64,000 nt of DNA from NCBI GenBank assembly GCA_002869845.2, contig NEWS02000003.1, positions 11,607-75,606 of the forward strand, read 5' to 3'. The DNA is from Nitrospira sp. CG24B. GTDB taxonomy: Bacteria > Nitrospirota > Nitrospiria > Nitrospirales > Nitrospiraceae. Below, in pieces: positions 9,469 to 18,500 of the stretch. Position numbers and translations under genes: made by a program. The notes beneath the pieces were generated by a model. That model was not told the origin of the DNA and did no database searches. It saw only the letters and a list, made by a program, of their open reading frames with translations. Each line of letters opens with the position of its first letter. The stretch's first letter is position 1.

Positions 9469-11703
9469 ATGCAGGCACTCTATGCAGACGTTATTGTACC
9501 CCGCCATATTGCAAAGGCCTTCACCTATCTCGTCCCTCCCACCCTAGCTCAGACCCTAGTAATAGGGCACCGTGTTCTCGTCCCGTTTGGACGTATGGTG
9601 CTGGAAGGGGTCGTCATCTCGCTGAGTCACCACCTTGCGACCGAGATAAAATCCTCTTCCCTTAGAGAGATCCGCTCTCTCGCTCACGACGGGCAAACTT
9701 CTGCACTGTCTCCGGCGCTGTTCGAACTCTCTCGCAAGATCGCAGAGCATTACGTTGCACCCTGGGGCCAGTGTCTTCGACTCATATTGCCCTCGCTGGC
9801 AACGCGAAAAACATCCCCCGCGCGATACATCGTCACTCCACGGGGTTGCGCGGCGCTGGAAGCCGGCCTTTGTCCAGACGATCTGAGGCCGATTCTGGAC
9901 CGAATTGCCCGACGAACTCTAGGGATTCTGGCCTCCACACTTCAAGCAACTCGACAGGGAAACACCGTGCGGGAGATCGACACCCTCATCAACAAGTCCT
10001 GGATCACACTCATACCTTCGAACAACGCCAACGTTGAGTCCCAAAAGCCACGTAGGACACCCACCGCAGGCGAGTCTGATCGTCGAGTGCCAGAAGATGG
10101 CATTCTGCCCACTGACACACCTCCAAAGATCGACGCCTCATGGAAAGCGCATATCGCTCACTGCCTCCAAAACAATCACATGAAAAAGCTCGTGCTCCAC
10201 GCCTCATGGGAACACCGACTCCACCGGCTTGCCGACGCCATTCAGCAAGCCCACTCAATGAAGCGATCCGCTCTAGTTCTCACAGGCGAGATCGCGAGAG
10301 CATCCTGGTTGACACAACAGCTCGCAAGACTCACTGGCCTCCAGATTACCCTCGCACACCCATCTTCACAATCTGCTCGATGGCCACAGAACCAGGGGCA
10401 GACTCCCTCGGTAGTCGTAGGAACCCGTTCGGCCATATTTTCGCCACTTCAATCGATCGGGCTCATCTGGGTGGAGGGAGAAGAGGACTCTGCTCTGAAA
10501 GAGCCTCAGGAGCCTCGCTATCATGCCAGAGAGGTGGCTAGCTTGAGAGCCGAGAGCGAGCGCGCGCTCGTTGTGCTGGCATCCGCTCATCCATCCCTTG
10601 AATCGAGGTTCGATACCGAAGCTGAGATCCATCACGTGCCACAAGACGTGGCTCTTCAACCTACGATTGAGCTCGTTGACCTCCGCAACGAGTCAGCACG
10701 GACCCTCTTGAGCCACAGGCTCATCCAGGCAATGCACGACGCCCTACAGAACCGTGTCAAGATCCTGCTCTTTCTTAACAGGAAAGGGTACGCCGGGACC
10801 TTGGTGTGTCGAGACTGTGGCTGGGTCCCTCGTTGCGAGTCCTGTATCGTGCCGCTGACCTATTATCGTGAAGCCGGCAGGCTGACTTGCCGCTACTGTG
10901 GTAAGGCAGATCGGTTGCCCGACCTTTGTCCTTCATGCCGTACTCCCCATATGAGTCCTGTTGGTGGTGGCACCGAGCGTGTTGAAACCGAAGTTCGTCG
11001 TATATTCCCACAAGCCAACGTCGCCCGACTCGATGGTGATACGCTCCGGCATTCGGCGTCCGCTCAGGCTCTGCGGGAAGGTGCCAGGTCAGGTGTGTGG
11101 GATGTTCTTATCGGGACCCAAGCACTGTTTAGCCGAGAGCCACTGCCCCACTACGGCTTGGTGGGGATCCTTCAGGCAGATTCCGGGTTACACGTCTCAG
11201 ACTTTCGAGCGGCTGAGCGGACCTATCATCAACTGATTGATGCTACCAACCTAGCATGTCCGGCGTCCGCTGGAGGTCGAGTCATCGTACAGACGCGCCT
11301 TCCTACACATCATGCTGTACAGGCCCTGATCTCCGGAGATCCCAATCAATTTTACAATGAAGAATTCACGGCACGCCGGCTTCTTCATTATCCTCCCATC
11401 TGTCACTTGGCTGATCTTTCGGTAACTGGGCAAGACCTAAGAACCGTCGAAGAGGCCGCCACGCGATGGGGTGCAGATCTAGAACAGAACGCACATGATC
11501 AGAAGCCGCTGATTGTTTTAGGACCCGTTCCTGCAATGCGCAGGCCTTCCAAAGGCCGTCAGCAGTATCGTCTCTTGGTAAAGGGAACGGATCGCATCGC
11601 CCTTAGCCGCCGGATCCATGATTCCGTCCAGAATATGGAGCGAGAGTACCGAAAAGGACAGATCAAATTCCTGGTCGACATCGACCCGGTCGAGAATGGA
11701 TAA
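9469..11703 (+). CDS. priA: Primosomal protein N' (PriA) with degenerate helicase motifs
   Basis: N-terminal 3'-DNA-binding domain (FTYLVP..GHRVLVPFG); GTRSAIFSP; LNRKGY; 4x CxxC; GTERVE; RLDGD. Start ATG 9469 preferred because a TGcTAGAAT -10 lies at 9419-9427. Confidence 0.9.
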   Translation: MQALYADVIVPRHIAKAFTYLVPPTLAQTLVIGHRVLVPFGRMVLEGVVISLSHHLATEIKSSSLREIRSLAHDGQTSALSPALFELSRKIAEHYVAPWGQCLRLILPSLATRKTSPARYIVTPRGCAALEAGLCPDDLRPILDRIARRTLGILASTLQATRQGNTVREIDTLINKSWITLIPSNNANVESQKPRRTPTAGESDRRVPEDGILPTDTPPKIDASWKAHIAHCLQNNHMKKLVLHASWEHRLHRLADAIQQAHSMKRSALVLTGEIARASWLTQQLARLTGLQITLAHPSSQSARWPQNQGQTPSVVVGTRSAIFSPLQSIGLIWVEGEEDSALKEPQEPRYHAREVASLRAESERALVVLASAHPSLESRFDTEAEIHHVPQDVALQPTIELVDLRNESARTLLSHRLIQAMHDALQNRVKILLFLNRKGYAGTLVCRDCGWVPRCESCIVPLTYYREAGRLTCRYCGKADRLPDLCPSCRTPHMSPVGGGTERVETEVRRIFPQANVARLDGDTLRHSASAQALREGARSGVWDVLIGTQALFSREPLPHYGLVGILQADSGLHVSDFRAAERTYHQLIDATNLACPASAGGRVIVQTRLPTHHAVQALISGDPNQFYNEEFTARRLLHYPPICHLADLSVTGQDLRTVEEAATRWGADLEQNAHDQKPLIVLGPVPAMRRPSKGRQQYRLLVKGTDRIALSRRIHDSVQNMEREYRKGQIKFLVDIDPVENG

Positions 11704-11705
11704 GA

Positions 11706-12131
11706 CTACCGGCCTTTCTTCTTTTTGTCCGCCCGGGAAGTTGGCACTGTCACAACCTGCTCCTCTGACAGGGTCGGATCCAGCTTGCGTGCTCGTTTAA
11801 ACAGGCCATAGGAAAACGAAATCCAGAACACAGATGCGAAGAGACCCAGCACGACGGCTGAGAGGATCGTTCCCATCTCAGATTCAGGAAGTGAGTCAGC
11901 CTGGCCTCTGAGTTGAATCATCAACACCACGGGCCAAGCAAAGCTTTCCAGGCCAAGCAACAAGGTAGACCAAGCCCATAGTCCCGTGATCGACTCCGCC
12001 ATGAACCATAAAAACAGCCCTACGCTCAGTGCCCATCCAGCCACGAGGGCTGGCGGGACAGTCCCTCCCCAGATAAGCCAGAACCCGACGGCGGTCACGA
12101 GGGTCCCCAGAGACAGATTGAGCACTATCAT
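11706..12131 (-). CDS. Hypothetical membrane protein (~4 TM, basic C-terminus)
   Basis: 141 aa, largely hydrophobic, ends KKKKGR; convergent with priA. Confidence 0.75.
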   Translation of the reverse strand: MIVLNLSLGTLVTAVGFWLIWGGTVPPALVAGWALSVGLFLWFMAESITGLWAWSTLLLGLESFAWPVVLMIQLRGQADSLPESEMGTILSAVVLGLFASVFWISFSYGLFKRARKLDPTLSEEQVVTVPTSRADKKKKGR

Positions 12132-12222
12132 GATGGGCGTGATCCAGGCATGGCAGGCAAAGTCTGACGGGGCCGTGTCGTGATGTCAATGTGAAGACCG
12201 TTGCGCGTACCCGGCGAGTTCC

Positions 12223-12594
12223 CTAGCCGGTCAGTTCAGCAGCAACCGCATCGAGGAGGACGTTCAGCTCGAATGGCTTGTGAAGCGTCCGTCTGGCTCC
12301 AAACATCTTTGCAACATCCAATAAATCGAGGACGCCGATCGTATCACTTGCCCCTGTCATCGCGATCACACGCGTATCGGGAAACTCCCGGCGAAGCGTC
12401 ATAATGGCCTCGAGTCCATCTTGATCCGGCATGAGCAGATCCATGATGACAAGATCCGGTGATTTAGCCCGATACCGCTCCACTCCTTCTTTTCCGTCGC
12501 GGGCCTCTTCAACCTCGTACCCAGCCTGCTCCAAGGTTTCTCGGATGAGCTGACGAACTTGGTCTTGATCATCAACCACGAGGACTGACGGCAT
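12223..12594 (-). CDS. Single-domain response regulator (receiver)
   Basis: VLVVDD, VIMDLLMPDQDG, MTG, KPF; start at ATG 12594 overlaps the kinase stop. Confidence 0.92.
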   Translation of the reverse strand: MPSVLVVDDQDQVRQLIRETLEQAGYEVEEARDGKEGVERYRAKSPDLVIMDLLMPDQDGLEAIMTLRREFPDTRVIAMTGASDTIGVLDLLDVAKMFGARRTLHKPFELNVLLDAVAAELTG

Positions 12595-14707
12595 CCGACA
12601 CCTCAATTGATATTCTTGATGATTCCGGGCCGGAGTTGGCCGGCGCACCCGTAGTTTCAAGATACGTGGGAGACTGGTCCAAGGCCCGACGGATGGCATA
12701 GGCCAGCTCATGCAACGTGAGCGGCTTGAGGAGACATTCCGTCATGCCCTGCGAAGAGACGTCGTCCATCCCTGGTGCAGCATGTGACCCGCTGCAGAAA
12801 ATGACGGAGAGATCCGGGCGAAGTTTCCGACATTCTCGCGCTAGACGATCCCCACTCATGCCAGGCATCATCCGATCGGTCATCAGCAAGTCGAACCGTG
12901 TGGGCTCAACTTGAAAGATCTCCAAGGCTTCTACGGCTGTTCTACAGACTACTGGATGGTAGCCAAGAAATGTCAGCACTTCTCTTCCGAAACGAGCCAC
13001 GGCGTCTTCGTCATCGACGAATAAGATACATTCGTGTCCATGAGGAAGGGGATCATCCTGTTGAACCGCTGATGGGGCACAAGCCCCGAGAACAGGGAGG
13101 TAGGCCGATACGGTCGAACCGGTGCCAATGTGGCGCTCAACCGCCAAGGTACCGCCATGCGCCGACACGATGCCGTAGACGACCGCGAGTCCCACACCCT
13201 GTTCCTCGCTGACAGCCTTGGACGTCGCAAACGAGTCGACCAATCCGCTGATGCTCTGAGGGTCTAAGCCCTCGCCTGTATTCCGAACACTCAAGCAGAC
13301 ATACCTCCCAGCAGGGAGTCGACCGGAGGGCATGATTTGATCGGTGACAAACTCCCTGTTCTGAAGCTGAACATCGAGGACTCCTCCCATCTTCTGCATT
13401 GCACGGACAGCGTGATCGACCAGATGGAACATCATCTCATGCATCTGCATGGCGTTGGCCAAAATCGGGTTGGTCGCATGCAGAATCTGCGTTCTGAGTT
13501 CAATCCACAGGGGGACTGTGGGACGAAGGAACCTGAGGGATTCTTTTGCCAAGGAGTGGAGTAACAATGGACATCGACCGTGGTCGTTCTGCCCACCGAA
13601 GGCCAGCAACTGTTGGATCAGTTCACGAGATTTTTGGGCCGCCGCCACCACTTGCCCGACATGGCGATGCGACTTCGTCTCAGCCGGAATCAACGGAAGC
13701 GCCAACTCACTGAAACCGAGCACGGCCGTGAGACCATTATTCAACTCGTGAGCGATACCACCGGCAAACGCGCCGATCGCTTCCATCCGGGCTGACTCAC
13801 GCCAACGGGCTTTGACGTTTTTACGATCGGTCACATCGACGACCGTCCCAAGTGTACGGACCGGTTGTCTTGATGAACCATCGCCATCAAACGACGTCAG
13901 GGAACGAAGACTGATGTATCGCATGGCGCCATCTGGTCTGATGAGACGGTGCTCGACCTCATGCAGGCCATTGCCTGTCATAGCAGGGGCTCGTTGTACT
14001 GTAGAGACCACGCGGTCCCGATCATCGGGATGAACGAGTTCAAGGTAACGCTGCCAGGAAGCTGGCTCATCGGTACCGACGCCGGAGATATCCTGTAGAA
14101 TCGGTGACCAAGAGAGAGCATCTGTCCGGTGATCATGTTCAAAGAACCCGACCTGCCCGACCTGCACGGCAAGATCAAGTCGCGCCTCGCTATCCCGGAG
14201 CGCCTGTTCGGCCTGCCGACGCGCGGCGATAGCTTCGCCCTGGGTCTTCTCAGGCGCTTCTGTGATCTGCCCAAGTTGTGATACTTCGCTCATCGTCCAA
14301 ACAACCGACGTCACCCGACCCAGGCGGTCTTTCACCGGTGACAGCGAGACATCACTCCAAAATGAGGTGCCGCTCTTGCGGTAATGACAGATCCGTACAC
14401 GACACGCCCATCCATCTTGGAGAGCCATCGCAAGCTTTTCCATTGAGGCCCGATCTGTATCCGGCCCGGTCAAGATCGACGTCGGTTGGCCGATCACTTC
14501 CGGCTCGGCATAGCCGGTCAGAACCAGGAAGGCCGGATTGACATAGACGATGGGATGATGGGACACCCTCGCATCCGTCACAAGCACGCTACAATTCGTC
14601 GCCGCGATGACGGTTGAATTCAGAATGTTCTTTTGGCGTTGTCGAAGCAGCATCCAAAGAACACAACTAAGAGACAGGAGCAACCCTAGGAAGAGACCAG
14701 CAATCAT
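12572..14707 (-). CDS. Hybrid PAS-PAS histidine kinase with receiver (ATP-binding domain degenerate)
   Basis: N-terminal TM; LOV-like PAS; second PAS; H-box GGIAHELNN; receiver FVDDE..TDRMMP..KP. ATG 14707 follows a GGGGAGG RBS. Confidence 0.88.
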   Translation of the reverse strand: MIAGLFLGLLLSLSCVLWMLLRQRQKNILNSTVIAATNCSVLVTDARVSHHPIVYVNPAFLVLTGYAEPEVIGQPTSILTGPDTDRASMEKLAMALQDGWACRVRICHYRKSGTSFWSDVSLSPVKDRLGRVTSVVWTMSEVSQLGQITEAPEKTQGEAIAARRQAEQALRDSEARLDLAVQVGQVGFFEHDHRTDALSWSPILQDISGVGTDEPASWQRYLELVHPDDRDRVVSTVQRAPAMTGNGLHEVEHRLIRPDGAMRYISLRSLTSFDGDGSSRQPVRTLGTVVDVTDRKNVKARWRESARMEAIGAFAGGIAHELNNGLTAVLGFSELALPLIPAETKSHRHVGQVVAAAQKSRELIQQLLAFGGQNDHGRCPLLLHSLAKESLRFLRPTVPLWIELRTQILHATNPILANAMQMHEMMFHLVDHAVRAMQKMGGVLDVQLQNREFVTDQIMPSGRLPAGRYVCLSVRNTGEGLDPQSISGLVDSFATSKAVSEEQGVGLAVVYGIVSAHGGTLAVERHIGTGSTVSAYLPVLGACAPSAVQQDDPLPHGHECILFVDDEDAVARFGREVLTFLGYHPVVCRTAVEALEIFQVEPTRFDLLMTDRMMPGMSGDRLARECRKLRPDLSVIFCSGSHAAPGMDDVSSQGMTECLLKPLTLHELAYAIRRALDQSPTYLETTGAPANSGPESSRISIEVSDAVSPRG

Positions 14708-14863
14708 GCGGGACAACCTCCCCGTGTGTGCACGCGGAGTAGTTATGCATACTAATAATTTGGCGCTACACTACATGAAGCGTGAGCGGAATGCCCAGGG
14801 ATGAAGGGTAGCTGCAAAACTAACTTTTTGCACCTAAAAGCGGTAGATCCGAATGTTGGTCGC

Positions 14864-15520
14864 TCATCCTTGCCGTTTCACAAAAAAGGCAGCCGCTTGC
14901 GCACGCCGAGTGATGCGAAGCTTTTGAAAGACGTTTGCCAAGTAGTTCTTCACGGTCTTGTCGCTGAGCCCGAGCGCGGCGGCAATTTCCTTGTTGGTCT
15001 TTCCCTCGGCAACCAACGCAACGACTCGTTCTTCCTGAGTGGACAGTTGGTCCGTACCAGAGGTTGCTGGCAGATCGTGAAGCCCTCTCAGCCACCGCAG
15101 AGCCCGTTCCGTCACATGAGAGTCCAAGATCGATTGACCTTTCGCCACCGAGCGGATGGCTTCGAGCAAGGCGGGTGAATCGATTTCTTTAAGGACATAG
15201 CCATGAGCGCCGGCAAGCACGGCGGCGAGCACGGAGTCGTCGTCAGCATAGGACGTTAGGAAAATGACCCGTGTCCCCGGCAGCGCTCCGAGAATCTCCC
15301 GACAGGCATCGACACCGGACCCGTCCGGTAGGCGGACATCCATCAAGATCACGTCGGGCTTCACCCTCTGCGCTTGCTGGACGGCCTCCGCCATGGTGCC
15401 CGCTTCCCCTACAACCGCGATGCCCTGGGTTTGGCCGAGCACCGTCCGCAGTCCCACGCGAATCACCTCATGATCATCGACAAGCAGTACTCGAATAACG
15501 TGAGTTTTAGTTGTGAGCAT
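14864..15520 (-). CDS. NarL/LuxR-family response regulator
   Basis: LLVDDH, MDVRLPDGSG, LSTQEERVVALVAEGKTNKEIA..LSDKTVKNY. Confidence 0.96.
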   Translation of the reverse strand: MLTTKTHVIRVLLVDDHEVIRVGLRTVLGQTQGIAVVGEAGTMAEAVQQAQRVKPDVILMDVRLPDGSGVDACREILGALPGTRVIFLTSYADDDSVLAAVLAGAHGYVLKEIDSPALLEAIRSVAKGQSILDSHVTERALRWLRGLHDLPATSGTDQLSTQEERVVALVAEGKTNKEIAAALGLSDKTVKNYLANVFQKLRITRRAQAAAFFVKRQG

Positions 15521-18500
15521 AGTGAGTATCCTTTGGAAGATCGAGTGAGATCCTCGTCCCCTTGTCCGGTTTCGACTGGATGGCGAACAAGCCCCTGACT
15601 TTTTGAGCCCGTGCCGCCATGTTGACTAATCCATGGCCAACCCCCTGAACTGAGCGGGTACTAAACCCGATGCCGTCATCCGTCACAGCCAGACGATCAG
15701 AGCGGATGAGATCCCGAAGCGAGACGGTGATCTGTTTGGCGCGGCTGTGGCGCAACGCATTACTCACCCCTTCCCGTACGATGTTGATGATATGGAGTGC
15801 CTGTTCGGTGGAAAGCCGCCGTGCGGCCTCGTCGTCGATTCTGACCCGACATCTGGTGGAAGAGGAGATGGACATCGTTTCGACCATTGTCCGCAAGGCG
15901 GTCGAAAAGTCTCCACCCTGCAACACTTGAGATTCGAGACCGGCAATGAAATTCCGGACTTCCGTCATGACCTGGTTGAGCTGCCTAATGGCATGATCCA
16001 GTGTCGCCATGAACTTCTTCGCCACAGGATCGCGGCGCTTCCTGATCAGTGGCTTACACGCTTCTAACCCAAGTCCAACAGCATACAGGGATTGGAGAAT
16101 ACCATCGTGGAGGTCTTGGCTAATCCGTTCTCGTTCTTGAAGTGCGGCGCTCAAGTCTCGTTCACGTTGTAGGAGAATCTCCTCCATTCGTTTGCGCTCC
16201 GTGATATCCGTCGCGGCACCCAGCACCATGTGAACCTGTCCTTGATCGTCGAAAATCGGTCGCTTGACCGTCTGTAACCAACGCGTCTTTCCCTCGGCAT
16301 CGGTGATCCTCTCCTCCGGGATGAACCGATCTCTCCCGGAATAGATCACCTCAAGATCGCTCCGCCGAAAAAACTCTACCTCTTCGGCATTTGCATTGAA
16401 GTCGGCATCCAATTTCCCGATCAACTCTTCCACCGTCGTGCCATACCAATCGGCCACGGCCTTGTTGGCCACCGTAAAACGGCCGTCGCGATCTTTGGCA
16501 AAGATGAGGTCTGGGTCCGTGTCGATGACCTGTCGCAAGAATGTATGGGAGCGACGGAGCTCGGCTTCAGCCCGTTTACGTTCTCCGATGTCCCGCAAGA
16601 TCATGCAGGCGTACTCTTTCCCTTCATGTTGCAGATAATTGACGGTCACGTCCGTCTGCAAGACGAGTCCACTTCGTGACCAAAACTTCGCATCGAATGT
16701 CAACGCGCCCTGCTGTTTGAGATAATTCCAATGAGTCACCCACCGCTCTACGGGGAAATTTGGGTCAATATCATGGACCGTCATGACCATCAGTTGCTCG
16801 CGTGAGTACTCCAACATTCGGCATGCGGTATCATTGACGCTGAATATTCGAGCGTTCGGGTCTAACCACAAGATCGCCTCGACGGCTTGATCCACGGAGA
16901 ACTGGGTCAACCGAAGCGCTCGTTCCAGGCGCTTGCTCTCAGTGATATCGTCGCCAACCGTCACACTGCACTGCTTGCCGTTCAACTCGATCAGTTCCGA
17001 TGACAAGAGACACTGGCGAATTTCGCCACTCTTGCTTCGTAGCGCCACTTCCACGTTGCGGACTGATCCCTGGCGCTTCAACAGTTCGAGATAACGGTCC
17101 CGTGCCTCTGTCGAGGGCCAGAGTCCTATTTGTTGCGTCGTGCGTCCTACGACTTCTTCTGTACGATAATCGAACAGCTGACAGGCGGCATCATTAGCGT
17201 CTACCACGAGACCAGAGTCCAGCTCGCTAATGACGACCGGATGGGGACTGGCTTGGAACGCCTTCGCAAAACGCTCTTCGCTCCTGCGGAGCGCTTCTTC
17301 GGCTTGCTTACGGTCCGTGATATCGTTAGCGACGGTCACAATACAGAGCGTTCCGTTGAGCTCCGCGAGATCAGCGGAGGCCAGAAGGTAGCGTAATGCA
17401 CCCGATTTGACCTTTAAAGCAAACTCGATGTTGCGCACCGGCTGCCCAGCTTTCAAACGCTCGATGACCCGCACTCTCTCTTCGAGATTCGGCCAGATAC
17501 CTAGTATCAACGTAGTGTTTCCGATCACTTCCTCTCGACGAAAACCGAACAGCTCAAGACAGGCATCGTTCACCTCAAGACATCGGCCCGTTGCGACCTC
17601 CGTGATCCCGATCGGATGAGGGCTTGTTCGGAAGGCTTTGGAGAATCGTTCTTCGCTTTCGCGAAGGGCTTCCCCCGCATGCCTGCGCTCGGTGATATCG
17701 TCGCACACGATCAGTGCCAATGATTTTCCAACCTCGCGTTGCAGCACACGCGCAAACTCACGTACCCACAACACAGTGCCATCGCCTCGCACCTTGCGGA
17801 ATTCCCATTGTGCGACTCCTTCAGGATGTCGAAAGAATGCTTCCATCTTGGCACAGATGCACTCTCGGTCTGCTTCGAAGATGATCGCCTCCACCGACGT
17901 CCCGACAAGATCCTCGACGCGATAGCCCAAGTACCGCGCGCCGTACTCGTTGACTGACCTGATGATTCCCTTTCCGTCCACGGTGAAATACATGGAGGGA
18001 GTTTCGTCATAGAGATTCCGATATCGCTCTTCACTGGCCTGCAATTCTGCGGTGCGCTCGATGACCTTGCGTTCCAATTCATCATGTGCTTTCCGGAGGG
18101 CTTCTTCGGTCCGCTTGAGCTCAGTGATGTCTTGGAACGTTCCGTACGCGCGAACTGCCCGGTCGTTCACGACTTCGACCTCCCCGGCAGCCCGGACTGC
18201 AATCCGGCGGCCTTTCGCTGAGACAAGATCTAACTCCAGATCCCAAGCCATCCCCTGGGTCATCGCTTTTTCAAATGCCTCAGCGAGAAGGGGTCGGCTT
18301 TCTCGTGTATAAAAATTCAACGCCGTTTCCACCGTCGGGCTGTACAATTCCGGCGTGGTCTCGTGCAGGCGGTATGTTTCGTCGCTCCACCACAGACGGT
18401 TCGTCAGGAAATCTACCTCCCATCCCCCGATGTTCCCCATCGCTTCGGTTTGGGCCATCAGCGCCAACTGTTGCTTGTGATGCGTGATATCCTCTGCAAT

